A stretch of 64,000 nt of DNA from an uncultured Clostridia bacterium (lineage in GTDB: Bacteria; Bacillota; Clostridia; Christensenellales; UBA1242): assembly GCA_934756675.1 (NCBI GenBank), contig CAKVLG010000002.1:64339-128338 (forward strand), given 5' to 3'. Shown here piece after piece: positions 1 through 9,379 of this stretch. Each line of letters begins with the position of its first letter. Positions within the stretch are counted from its first letter, which is position 1. The translations under genes and the position numbers were made by a program. The notes under the pieces were generated by a model that ran no database searches, was not told the origin of the DNA, and was given only the letters and a program-made list of their open reading frames with translations.

Positions 1-3000
1 TATTTGCAGATGTAAGACCAAGGTTGATCTTATCATTACCAATTTCAATCAAATTTGATGCTGAGTTAAAGTTTGCATCGTCACTTAATTTATCAAGTAA
101 GTATAGTCTTGTTCCATTGCCTTTTAAGCGTATTTTTTCGTTAACTGTTGTGTTAAGAGAGAACGAAATAGTTGCTTCATAAATGCCAGTTGATTCATTA
201 TATTCACCAACACTAATAAGTGCAATATCGTTTTGCTTAATTGTAGTTCCAAGTAGTGTAGAAAGGCTAGTAGATATATCGGCTGTCACATTCAATTGAA
301 TGGTGCGTGGAATGTAATACAAGTCATAATCTGAACCGTTTTTAATGCTTACAAGTTTTGTGCTTGTGATAAAGTTATAATATTTTTTAGGGTCGCTTTG
401 ATAGATTTCTTTTGCGTTGCCGTTTGTATCATAGTATTTGATATCGGCGTAATAGTTAGCGCCAGAACCAGAAATTGTAATTTCGAATTGGTCACGAGAG
501 TTGATGTTTTTATCGTTCTTGATATCGAAAATATTTTTCAATAATTTGATATTATCTTCGTTCCACCAACTGTTGCCGTATGTAATAGTGCTGTTTGCAG
601 CTGTAAGTGAACTGTTTTTGTCAATTTCAAGAACTGTTATTTGGTCTAATGTAAATTTCTTTTTAGCGCCTTCAATAACTTCAATAACCGAAAGTTGCAA
701 ATTTGTACCATTGGTTACAAGTGTACCAGTTGTTGATTCGTTAGAAAGTGTTGTTGTGAAGTTTGGTACAATGAAGCATTCCAAGCCATCAGGATAGCTA
801 CTTGGAATGTTAAACATGTTTCTAATAGTACTGTTAAGAGTGTAAATTTTATATGTAGTAAGCCCAGCAGAGAGAGTATTTGCAGTGAATAATTGACCGT
901 CTAGGTTATAAAGGTTGTTGCCATTTGTGCCAAACAAATATAATTGATAGTTATTTGTAACAGATGCTGTGCCAATTTCTCTATAGCTTTGAGAAGGTAT
1001 GAAGTATTTGCCATCTACAATTTTATAATCACCAAGTGAATATGTATTATCTTTCGCGTCGTATAATTTGATAGTTCCGTCTGATGTGCGGCGAACGGTA
1101 ATCACGCTGCCGTCGACATCTTCACTTACACCATCAATTTTGTACTTATAAACAGTTGTCTTTGTTTTGATTGAAGAAATTTCTTGAGAGATATAGGCTG
1201 TATCTGCAGCTTGCAACGGTGTTATGTAGTAATAGTTGTTTGCAACAATTTTAGCACCAAGCAACATATAAAAATACTTGAATTGTGCCTCATCTTTGCG
1301 GCTATTGATTTCAGAGCCTAAGAAAATGCGTGAACCTACCAAACTGTCAAAGTTTGATATAGCAACATTATCAAAGTTATCGCCAAGGGCATCGTAATAA
1401 TGGTTGATGCTTTCAGTTGTTTCGCTTTTTGATACATCAAGAACAGAAACACGTGCAGCAAGTGGGGCAGTGAAATAATACTTTCCGTCTGCAGCCTTTT
1501 TAACATCATAATAGAAGTAAACTGTGTGCCTTTTTGATGAATCAACAGATTTTTTTGTAATTGTTGAATCACCTTCAACAGTGTATGTTACTTCATAATT
1601 TTCAAGGTTAGAACCATAAACGCGTGCAACTGTTGATGCTCTAGAAGACATAGAATCTTCATTTTGAGAATATTTTACTTCGTTGTAGATAAAGTATTTA
1701 CCCTTATCATTATCACCAGATTCAAGAGAGAACTCGCTTGTGAAGTTGTAGTATTGTTCTACGCCAGTTTTTGCGAATTTATCTTTAACAACATATGTTG
1801 AACCAGAGTTTGATTTATAGTACTCGCGAGTAAATTCATTGTTTGCTTTTTTGTTATATGTTTCGCTGAAAGCTAGGGTATATGTGTCTTCGAACCCTGT
1901 TGGTTTGCTAATTGAACTTAATTTAAAGAATAGTTCAGAATTATTGGTATTCTTCATTGGTTCGTAAGTGATTACTTGCCAAGTAAAGTTAGATGCACTA
2001 GACCCAGACCTTACAAGATATTTATCAAGTGTCGCTGTAACAACACCCGAATCAAGTTTTACGCTTTCATCTTGAATTTTGTAATAAACATTGCCATTTT
2101 CAGTATAAGAAATGGTATAAGCATTACCGCCATATGTATATTTAGTACCTTTTACGGCTTCTGTAACACTTGAGTTTGCAACGTTCTTTATTGTTGCAAA
2201 AGCCATATATGGTTTTTTGAAGTATTTAAGTTGAAGTTTATCATAATAGTACTCGTTAGAAATAAATGTATTGCTGCTTGAATCTAGCGAAATATATCTA
2301 ACTTCCGAAGAGTACGACACCGTTTCCATATTATAAGATATAAGGGAAGTTTGTTCGTCTGTCGAAAGAGCAATGATAACACTTGTTGTCACATAGCCAT
2401 ATTCATCTACATATGATGTTGCAGTGCGGATAACTTCGTATCTAAGGTCTGTGGCGTCTGCCAAAACCAATTCGCCGCTGCTTGTTACATATTTAGCTGA
2501 AGCTGCTTTGTATTTATCTTGCAATTTACCTTCGCCACCAGTTACATAAATGTTTACTGTAACGTTTGAATTTGCAATAAATTTCGTACCAATAAGGTTG
2601 ACACCTGTGCGGTCGCTATAAAAGTTCTTGCCAGTAAGGTTATCGTCGTTTTGTTGAACTTGAAGAACTTTTTGTGCAACGCTAGCAACAATTCTATCGT
2701 TCATTTTTATAGAATAGAAAGAATAGGCAAGTGACATATTGTCGTATTTTGAATATTTGTCACCTTCAATATCATCTGTTTGTTTCGAGAATGTTAGGAA
2801 TTCACCATAGTTAAGACCTTTTACTTCATAGAGGTAACCATTAATTGTGATGGTGATGTTCCTACCATCATTCATTGTAAATGTTCTTGAAGTTCCAGAT
2901 CCGCCACCTTTTGTTTCGGTAAAAGTAACAATTGCACCGTTTTTATCAAGAACAGGTGAACTATCTGATGCGTTAGGGTCAGAAACATTGTCGAGTTTGT

Positions 3001-5443
3001 ATACTTGAACAGTGACACCTTCTATATATTGATTCTTATCATCAAATAGATGGTCACCATTTACAAATGAACCAGAAAGGGTATAGTTTGTAACTTTTTC
3101 GTAGTTTGCGTAGAAATGATAGTTATGGGTCGATGCGTGAGTAACAGAAGAAATAATACTAGAAATAACAAGTTCTGTTCCACGTTCGTTTGTTATGTCT
3201 GTATCGTCCCAAATTAGAGTGTTATGGATTTCGCCAATGTTTGCAGAACCATTAAAATATTTTGCGGTAGAACGATACAATCCAGGGGTAACAGCATAGA
3301 AACCATTTTTCTCAAGAGATAGAGAATAGTCTAGGTCAAACTCTTTATTCTCTAAATCTATATATAATTTGTTGTCATATTCAACGCCATTATAAATTGT
3401 ATTTTTGTAGACGCGGCCATTTTCCGCCTTGCTGTTGACTGTCCATGATTGGAATGCATAATCATGGTTTAATAAAACACGTTCAACTTTAACAATTCTG
3501 CCTTCTGGGAAGTAACCAGTTAAGTCTGTGCAGCGGTAAGTGGCAGTGCCGATTGATTGGTCAAGTTTCTTTGTTACATTATAGAAATAGAAATCGTTTG
3601 TAACACTTAATATTTGACCTGCTGAAAGGTCGGCATATCTTTTTTCTTGGTAATAGTTTGAGCCAGTCATTTTTACTGGGTCGAGTTTATCACTATAGTT
3701 AAGTTCGCCATAGTTAATGTAGCTACTGTTGTTAGAGTAAGAAGAGAATGATTGTTCGTATGTATTAAATACAATTCCAGAAGAATAGTAAGAATCGCCA
3801 CGAGTTTTATTGTCGCCAGATTCGGATACTAAAGCTTTAACTTTAAGTGTACGGCTTGTTGAACCCTTTTCGAGCCTTGGGTTAAAGCGAACGTACCAAA
3901 CACCGGTAGTCATTTCTTGATAGATGCTGATGTATGAATCATCTGCAAGTACCCAAACTTCAATTTTTTTGTTGTTTGCATCAAGTATATATGTTTTGTA
4001 ATAAAACTTAACCTTAACATTGCTGAAAGGTGAAAGCGTGTGTTCACCACTAAATTGAAGTGAGCTATAGTCAACTTCTGTTTTAATTTCAACTTGTTTG
4101 CCATCAACCATGACTAAGTAGTTTGCAAACGAAATGTTTGAAGATGTAAGTTCTGTCCATCTTGTGCTAGAATTGCCTTCGCGTGACATGTAATAGCTAG
4201 CAGAGTCATATGCGTCGCTATTGATTTTTGAAATTGTGTTTCCTTCTTTATTGATAAATCTACCATCGCCAACATTAGTCTTCCAATAGTATACAAGTTC
4301 AAAAGAGAAAGAACCTGTTGTGTCATCTGTAAATTCTTTTTTATCGTCAAGGGCAATCGTCCTGTCACCATAATATAGTTCATATTTGCCAGCATCATTT
4401 TTGCGAATAGGAATATACATAGATTGTATTTTACCTTCACTTACAACATCGCTATCGCTAAGTGTTTTTTCTGTGAGCATTGTGAAAATGGCGCGTTGAG
4501 CTTCGTTAGCGGTTTTGTTGTCAAATTTATAACCGCTATACATTAACTCTTGATCAGAGCAGAGTTCTTTGTAACTAGAACCGTTGTAATAGTAATATTT
4601 TTCACCATTGCGACCAATTGTGATATATAAAGATGCCTGGCTACCTGAAAGTATTTGGTCATTGCCAGCAAAAAATCTAACGGCAGCTGAATATCTTGTG
4701 TATGTCGAGTCAGCACCAATATCTGTTCTAACAACATTTTTAAGTTCGTTTGTTAAATCAATAGTAGTACTACTTGCACTTGTCATCAAATAAATTGGAT
4801 AATTTACAGTGAGGGAATCAATAGAGCATATAGTGAAACCATTATATTTATAAGTTTTAGTTGCGTTATCTTTTGTAATTGTGATAGTTGCAACATCGCT
4901 AATAACAGAATTGTTTAAAGATGTGTCAACAAAACAAACATTGACACTTGCTGTGCCATTTTTTACATCAATCGAAATAGGTGTGAATTTAATTGCTACA
5001 TTGTTGCCAGGGATAGTAATAGCACTTGATCCAAGTTCGCCAAGCAATGAAACTTCCACCTTATTTGCACTTACGCCAAACTTGCCAGTTACATAAGAAA
5101 GAAAGTCTGACTTGCTAGTAATTAAATCGACAGCCGTAACTTGGTCAACAGGAATAATAGGGGCAGCATAATCATTATTCGAAGGAGTTGAATCAATTGA
5201 ATAAGTGTTGCCGTCTACATGCATGTTGACAGTGTAGTATTCGCGTGATGGGTAGTAACTAAGGTTTGGAGTTGACAAGCGGTAGTTACCATATTCATCA
5301 AACGATGAACTAGATACATCGGTGTCTCCAAAAAGTTTGCAGGCACCAAAAGTTAGACTTGTAAAGATGATAGAGAGCACTAATACAAATGCTGAAATAG
5401 CCTTTTTTAAACCATTTTGTTTTTTGCTCTTTTGTAAGCTCAT
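1..5443 (-). CDS. Giant surface lipoprotein, more than 1,814 aa; N-terminal part only, C-terminus lies beyond the left window edge
   Basis: Missing from the ORF track because it runs off the window. On the reverse strand the ATG is the complement of 5441-5443, preceded by a GAGG SD. It reads MSLQKSKKQNGLKKAISAFVLVLSIIFTSLTFGAC..., a signal peptide followed by a lipobox-like FGAC. I hand-translated about 450 codons without a stop. Spot checks near 4100, 3000, 2000, 1000 and 1-70 show the same frame open. No competing long ORF exists over 5.4 kb. The visible sequence is rich in Y, N, T, S and K. Confidence 0.8.
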   Translation of the reverse strand, partial: MSLQKSKKQNGLKKAISAFVLVLSIIFTSLTFGACKLFGDTDVSSSSFDEYGNYRLSTPNLSYYPSREYYTVNMHVDGNTYSIDSTPSNNDYAAPIIPVDQVTAVDLITSKSDFLSYVTGKFGVSANKVEVSLLGELGSSAITIPGNNVAIKFTPISIDVKNGTASVNVCFVDTSLNNSVISDVATITITKDNATKTYKYNGFTICSIDSLTVNYPIYLMTSASSTTIDLTNELKNVVRTDIGADSTYTRYSAAVRFFAGNDQILSGSQASLYITIGRNGEKYYYYNGSSYKELCSDQELMYSGYKFDNKTANEAQRAIFTMLTEKTLSDSDVVSEGKIQSMYIPIRKNDAGKYELYYGDRTIALDDKKEFTDDTTGSFSFELVYYWKTNVGDGRFINKEGNTISKINSDAYDSASYYMSREGNSSTRWTELTSSNISFANYLVMVDGKQVEIKTEVDYSSLQFSGEHTLSPFSNVKVKFYYKTYILDANNKKIEVWVLADDSYISIYQEMTTGVWYVRFNPRLEKGSTSRTLKVKALVSESGDNKTRGDSYYSSGIVFNTYEQSFSSYSNNSSYINYGELNYSDKLDPVKMTGSNYYQEKRYADLSAGQILSVTNDFYFYNVTKKLDQSIGTATYRCTDLTGYFPEGRIVKVERVLLNHDYAFQSWTVNSKAENGRVYKNTIYNGVEYDNKLYIDLENKEFDLDYSLSLEKNGFYAVTPGLYRSTAKYFNGSANIGEIHNTLIWDDTDITNERGTELVISSIISSVTHASTHNYHFYANYEKVTNYTLSGSFVNGDHLFDDKNQYIEGVTVQVYKLDNVSDPNASDSSPVLDKNGAIVTFTETKGGGSGTSRTFTMNDGRNITITINGYLYEVKGLNYGEFLTFSKQTDDIEGDKYSKYDNMSLAYSFYSIKMNDRIVASVAQKVLQVQQNDDNLTGKNFYSDRTGVNLIGTKFIANSNVTVNIYVTGGEGKLQDKYKAASAKYVTSSGELVLADATDLRYEVIRTATSYVDEYGYVTTSVIIALSTDEQTSLISYNMETVSYSSEVRYISLDSSSNTFISNEYYYDKLQLKYFKKPYMAFATIKNVANSSVTEAVKGTKYTYGGNAYTISYTENGNVYYKIQDESVKLDSGVVTATLDKYLVRSGSSASNFTWQVITYEPMKNTNNSELFFKLSSISKPTGFEDTYTLAFSETYNKKANNEFTREYYKSNSGSTYVVKDKFAKTGVEQYYNFTSEFSLESGDNDKGKYFIYNEVKYSQNEDSMSSRASTVARVYGSNLENYEVTYTVEGDSTITKKSVDSSKRHTVYFYYDVKKAADGKYYFTAPLAARVSVLDVSKSETTESINHYYDALGDNFDNVAISNFDSLVGSRIFLGSEINSRKDEAQFKYFYMLLGAKIVANNYYYITPLQAADTAYISQEISSIKTKTTVYKYKIDGVSEDVDGSVITVRRTSDGTIKLYDAKDNTYSLGDYKIVDGKYFIPSQSYREIGTASVTNNYQLYLFGTNGNNLYNLDGQLFTANTLSAGLTTYKIYTLNSTIRNMFNIPSSYPDGLECFIVPNFTTTLSNESTTGTLVTNGTNLQLSVIEVIEGAKKKFTLDQITVLEIDKNSSLTAANSTITYGNSWWNEDNIKLLKNIFDIKNDKNINSRDQFEITISGSGANYYADIKYYDTNGNAKEIYQSDPKKYYNFITSTKLVSIKNGSDYDLYYIPRTIQLNVTADISTSLSTLLGTTIKQNDIALISVGEYNESTGIYEATISFSLNTTVNEKIRLKGNGTRLYLLDKLSDDANFNSASNLIEIGNDKINLGLTSAN

Positions 5444-5586
5444 AAATACCTCACAATTAGTTTGTTTTTTGCATAAGTATATAATACTTATAATATAAGA
5501 CTTATTTTATCATATCTTGTAGAATTATCAAAATAAAAAAGACATAAATACGAAAAAATAGAAATTTATTTTTTATAAAAATTTTT

Positions 5587-5616
5587 AAAACTAGACAAAT
5601 GGGTGTCTAGTTTTTT
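5587..5616. terminator. Bidirectional intrinsic terminator-like hairpin between the divergent lipoprotein and activator-like genes
   Basis: Stem CTAGACA (5591-5597) pairs with TGTCTAG (5604-5610). There is an A-run upstream and a T-run downstream. Confidence 0.55.
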
Positions 5617-5639
5617 GTTTATACTTTTGTTTAATTTGT

Positions 5640-5653
5640 CGAACATATGTTTG
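5640..5653. promoter_or_regulatory. LexA (Cheo/SOS) box candidate
   Basis: CGAACATATGTTTG differs from the Firmicutes consensus CGAACATATGTTCG at one position. It is intergenic, about 155 nt upstream of the 5809 start. Confidence 0.45.
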
Positions 5654-5808
5654 AAAAACTAAAAAAATAAAAAAATGCTTAAAATGTGGCACATAAGAAA
5701 AACAAAACAAAAAACTTGTTATAAAATTTAGGTATAGGAACGCAAACATAACAATTTACTTGACATAAATCGACAAAATATGACAAAACCATAGGAGTAT
5801 ACAAAAAG

Positions 5809-6396
5809 ATGAAAAACAACGAAATTTTGGAAGATATGGAAAGGGAAACGCTGAGCACTTGGGTAAAAACAATGCTTACCATTTATCCAACATTGCCAAA
5901 CATAATTAAAGTTATCGATAGCATAGTAGAACTAAGAGCAACAAATTTAACTTCAGCATACACTTCAAGTGGTCAGCTTAAATATTCAAGTTATGACCAA
6001 GTCGATCGTGTTATAAAAATGATGGAAAGAAAGAGTAAAATGCTTCGTATCCATGATTTTGTTTGCGACCTAATTAAGCCACTAACAAAGGAGGAATTAA
6101 GGTTTTTAAAGTTGCGATTTTTTACTAGAATGAGAATTGAAAAACTTGTTGAAGTAACTGGAATTAGCACAAGAAGCGTTTATAGAAAAGCTCACCATAT
6201 TATTAGCAAATTAACTAATGCTTTATCTGTACGCGGTATTACATCGTATGATATTGAAGACATGGTAAAAGGTGAACATTGGATATATGCTCAGTACGAT
6301 AAACATGCTAGTGAAAAGAAGACAAACTTTTTAAAAGGACGAAATTTTACTGATCATATGGTAGAAGATAAGAGCATGAAAGAGCAAGTTTGTTAA
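5809..6396 (+). CDS. Sigma-70 region-4-like HTH protein; phage late-gene activator candidate (ArpU/RinA/DUF1492-like logic)
   Basis: 195-aa ORF with an AGGAG SD. The C-terminal half, LTKEELRFLKLRFFTRMRIEKLVEVTGISTRSVYRKAHHIISKL, resembles a sigma region-4 HTH. No region-2-like segment was recognised. It sits upstream of the terminase operon. Confidence 0.45.
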   Translation: MKNNEILEDMERETLSTWVKTMLTIYPTLPNIIKVIDSIVELRATNLTSAYTSSGQLKYSSYDQVDRVIKMMERKSKMLRIHDFVCDLIKPLTKEELRFLKLRFFTRMRIEKLVEVTGISTRSVYRKAHHIISKLTNALSVRGITSYDIEDMVKGEHWIYAQYDKHASEKKTNFLKGRNFTDHMVEDKSMKEQVC

Positions 6397-7287
6397 TTAT
6401 AATAAATCGTCATCATCAAAGTCATACGTGGGAAATTTTGGTTGTTTTTCACAATTTTCTTGCAAAATTTGCGGTTTTTTGCGAACAAAATGATTATTTG
6501 CATAGCTTTCCGCAGTAGCTAAACCATGTTTCTTTTTTCTGCCAGAAAATACGAGTAACAAAAATATTACAAGCATAGGTAAAGATATAATTATAATCAT
6601 AACAGCACGTAATCCACCAGAAAGGTAGATATAATTTTCTTGCGTAGTAAGTCCGGTTTGTTCGGCTGGTAGTAATTCTTGTTCAAACTCGTTATTTTCT
6701 GGTATCGAAGAAAGGTTTTCGGTTTTCTCGCTATAAACATATCCAAAGTAAACACTGACAGGGTCGCTGCTAGGGGAATACTCAGCAAAGTACCAAACAT
6801 TGCTTTTTCCAGATGGTGGAACTTCGCCATAGGTTTTTGCGATGTATGAAATATTGCTTGTGCCACTTTGGATAACGTTTTTGATGTTTGATGAAATTTC
6901 GGTAGTTGGTGTTTCGCGTATTTGCGTTCCTGAACTTTGATTGATTGAAAAGGTTATACCAGTCAAAGTCTTTACATGCGGCTCACCACTTACTTTAAAG
7001 ATTTTTTCTGTTTTTACAAAACCAATAAAACCAGCATAATTTACTTTTGAAATGGTCTGAGTTATTTCACCAATAACTGTTACAAAATATCCACAAGGCA
7101 CTTCAAAATATATGTTTTCAAAAGTGTCAAGCGAGGTATCACTGGTTTTGTATAAAATACATTCATTTTTCACTTTTGCATAAACTGTGTCGTCTGTTGC
7201 TTGAGCAAAACTAGAGATGTTAAATAAACAAAAATTATTGCTAGTTATGCTAAACAAAACGAACAACAAAATCGATAATTTTTTCAT
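6397..7287 (-). CDS. Secreted, membrane-anchored protein with two SH3b-like segments
   Basis: 296 aa. Has an N-terminal signal peptide and a C-terminal TM helix (AVMIIIISLPMLVIFLLLVF) followed by a basic/acidic tail. The SH3b call rests only on pattern resemblance (VYAKVKNECILYKT...). Confidence 0.4.
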   Translation of the reverse strand: MKKLSILLFVLFSITSNNFCLFNISSFAQATDDTVYAKVKNECILYKTSDTSLDTFENIYFEVPCGYFVTVIGEITQTISKVNYAGFIGFVKTEKIFKVSGEPHVKTLTGITFSINQSSGTQIRETPTTEISSNIKNVIQSGTSNISYIAKTYGEVPPSGKSNVWYFAEYSPSSDPVSVYFGYVYSEKTENLSSIPENNEFEQELLPAEQTGLTTQENYIYLSGGLRAVMIIIISLPMLVIFLLLVFSGRKKKHGLATAESYANNHFVRKKPQILQENCEKQPKFPTYDFDDDDLL

Positions 7288-7381
7288 GCTATTATTTTAA
7301 AACAAATGCGTTATTTTTGCTCTATAATTTTTAGTCGAAAATAGTAAAATAATAGACAATTTTAAAGTTTAATAAATTAAT

Positions 7382-7414
7382 AAAAAACGCAAAATTATAA
7401 AAATAAAAGTGAAA
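7382..7414 (+). promoter_or_regulatory. Bipartite motif copy A (AAAAAACGCAAAATT-N11-AGTGAAA); candidate late promoter or activator site
   Basis: Both boxes also occur at 28147-28180 and 61260-61292. This copy ends 63 nt upstream of the TerL ATG. Confidence 0.5.
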
Positions 7415-7476
7415 ATCAATTATAAAAATGTAAAAAATAACAAAAAATTGCAATTTTATACAATTTTTAACACATT

Positions 7477-8928
7477 ATGAATAATATAAAGATTTTGCAA
7501 AAATTAGCCGCTTTAAAAGCAGAACTTATCAGACGAAATCACTTTACACTTGCACGCTATAATACGGGTAAAATTGTTCATAAAAAACAACTACAATTTC
7601 ACAAATGTGACAAGCGAAATAGGTGGGTTTTTGGTGGCAATAGAACTGGTAAAACAGAATGTGGTGCGGTGGAAAGTATTTGGCTTGCACGTGGCAATCA
7701 TCCATATAGAAAGAATAAAAAAGATGTAACAGGTTGGGTGGTAAGTTTATCTACAAAGGTTCAAAAAGAAGTAAGCCAAGAAAAAATTTTGAAGTACTTA
7801 AACAAGTCTTGGATATATGATATTGTAATGAAAAGTGGTAGCAAGGGTAGTGCTGGTTATGGCATTATTGATACTATTATTCTTAAAAATGTTTTTGGTG
7901 GGTTATCTAGAATTAGTTTTAAATCGTGCGAAGAAGGTCGTGAAAAATTTCAAGGTACTTCGCTTGATTTTGTTTGGTTTGATGAAGAACCGCCAAAGGA
8001 TATTTATGAAGAATGTGTTATGCGTGTTATTGATAAAAGGGGTGATGTTTTTGGAACAATGACTCCGCTTAAGGGTATGACTTTTGTATATGACCAAATT
8101 TATCTTAACCCGACAAATGATCCGGAAATTTTTTGCATGTTCATGGAATGGCAAGATAATCCTTTTTTACCAAAAGAAGAGATAGATAGGTTAACAGCTT
8201 CGCTTTCGCCAGAAGAGTTAGAGAATCGCAGATATGGTAGGTTTGTTAATCTTTCCAATTCGCTTGTATATAAAGAGTTTGATGAACAAGAAAATGTTAT
8301 TGAACCTTTTCCCGTTCCACCAGAATGGCAATGTAATATTTCGATTGACCCTGGCTTATCGAACCCGCTTTCTGCACATTGGTATGCAGTTGATTTTGAT
8401 GATAATGTTTATGTGATAGCAGAGCATTTTGAGAGTAACAGAACTATAGAATATCATTCTACAAAAATAAAAGAAATAAGTGACAGCTTAAACTGGCGGC
8501 GTGGAAGAAATGGCATGATAGAAGCACTAATCGATTCGGCAGCTAACCAAAAGACACTTGCTAGCACAAAAAGTGTAACCGAGCTTTTTTATGATAATGG
8601 AATACTTGCAAACCCAAATGTAAATAAGGACCTATTTTCTGGAATTAGTAGAGTTAAAAGTTACCTTAAAAATGAACAAGGAAAAAGTAAACTTTTTATT
8701 TTTTCTTGCTGCACAAACTTAATCCGTGAACTTAAAAGTTATTATTGGAGTGAAGGTGATAGGCCTCGTAAATTTGACGACCACGCACTTGATGAGTTGC
8801 GTTATTTTATTATGTCGCGTCCAGAGAATAAACCGCCACTTCCAGTTAAGTCAGAAATAACAAAAGACAAAGAGCGACTTTATAAAAAACTGCAAAATGC
8901 AAGGAAAAACTATGGAAAATACTATTGA
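7477..8928 (+). CDS. terL: Terminase large subunit
   Basis: 483 aa. Walker A-like GGNRTGKTECG and Walker B-like LDFVWFDEEP, with a C-terminal nuclease-type region (SIDPG...). First gene of the structural operon. Confidence 0.9.
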   Translation: MNNIKILQKLAALKAELIRRNHFTLARYNTGKIVHKKQLQFHKCDKRNRWVFGGNRTGKTECGAVESIWLARGNHPYRKNKKDVTGWVVSLSTKVQKEVSQEKILKYLNKSWIYDIVMKSGSKGSAGYGIIDTIILKNVFGGLSRISFKSCEEGREKFQGTSLDFVWFDEEPPKDIYEECVMRVIDKRGDVFGTMTPLKGMTFVYDQIYLNPTNDPEIFCMFMEWQDNPFLPKEEIDRLTASLSPEELENRRYGRFVNLSNSLVYKEFDEQENVIEPFPVPPEWQCNISIDPGLSNPLSAHWYAVDFDDNVYVIAEHFESNRTIEYHSTKIKEISDSLNWRRGRNGMIEALIDSAANQKTLASTKSVTELFYDNGILANPNVNKDLFSGISRVKSYLKNEQGKSKLFIFSCCTNLIRELKSYYWSEGDRPRKFDDHALDELRYFIMSRPENKPPLPVKSEITKDKERLYKKLQNARKNYGKYY

Positions 8929-9379
8929 TTTTGAACAAATCAAGCAAATTTTAATAAAAAAGGCGAAGGGCTTTTATTATACCGAAGAGGCTGTAGAGTT
9001 TGCTTGCGATGCCGAAGATAAGCTTGTTATTGATGCTAAAACAATGGATGAAAACACAGAATATAAGGTTTCTCTGTCGCAAAAAAATTCTAAAAAAAAC
9101 ACTCCAAAAAGTGGCACATCACAGCTACAGTTTGATTTTTCTGATTTAGAATGTAAAGTGAAAAAGGAAAGCAAAACCGATGCAAAAACTAAAGAAACTT
9201 CTGTGGTTAAAAGGAAAATTACCACGCACTACGTTCCGCCTGATATGCTTGCTATTAAAATGTTGTTTGAAAATTTTGGGGAAAAGGTAGGTGGACTCGA
9301 ACAGTTGTCAGATGAAGAAATATTAAAAATGAAACGTGATTTGCTATCCGAATTGGAGGAAAATGATGAAGATAAATAA
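8912..9379 (+). CDS. Acidic hypothetical phage protein; weak small-terminase-like candidate
   Basis: ATG at 8912 (MENTIDFEQ...), overlapping the TerL end. The segment KRKITTHYVPPDMLAIKMLFENF recalls a motif I associate with some Gram-positive phage small terminases. That recollection is weak. Confidence 0.45.
   Translation: MENTIDFEQIKQILIKKAKGFYYTEEAVEFACDAEDKLVIDAKTMDENTEYKVSLSQKNSKKNTPKSGTSQLQFDFSDLECKVKKESKTDAKTKETSVVKRKITTHYVPPDMLAIKMLFENFGEKVGGLEQLSDEEILKMKRDLLSELEENDEDK

Noticed and set aside
1-5443. The apparent absence of long ORFs over 5.4 kb suggested noncoding DNA, a pseudogene graveyard or an alternative genetic code.
   Set aside because: One minus-strand frame is open across the whole stretch under the standard code. 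The track simply omits ORFs that run off the window edge. TGA clearly acts as a stop elsewhere, for example at the dnaJ/mtaB junction.
5496-5503. A possible att-like direct repeat, TAAGACTT, shared between the left spacer (5496-5503) and the right border of the phage-like cluster (22214-22221).
   Set aside because: It is only 8 bp in very AT-rich DNA, and the flanking similarity needs a 10-nt gap. This is within chance expectation. It also lies left of the activator gene rather than at a defined element end.
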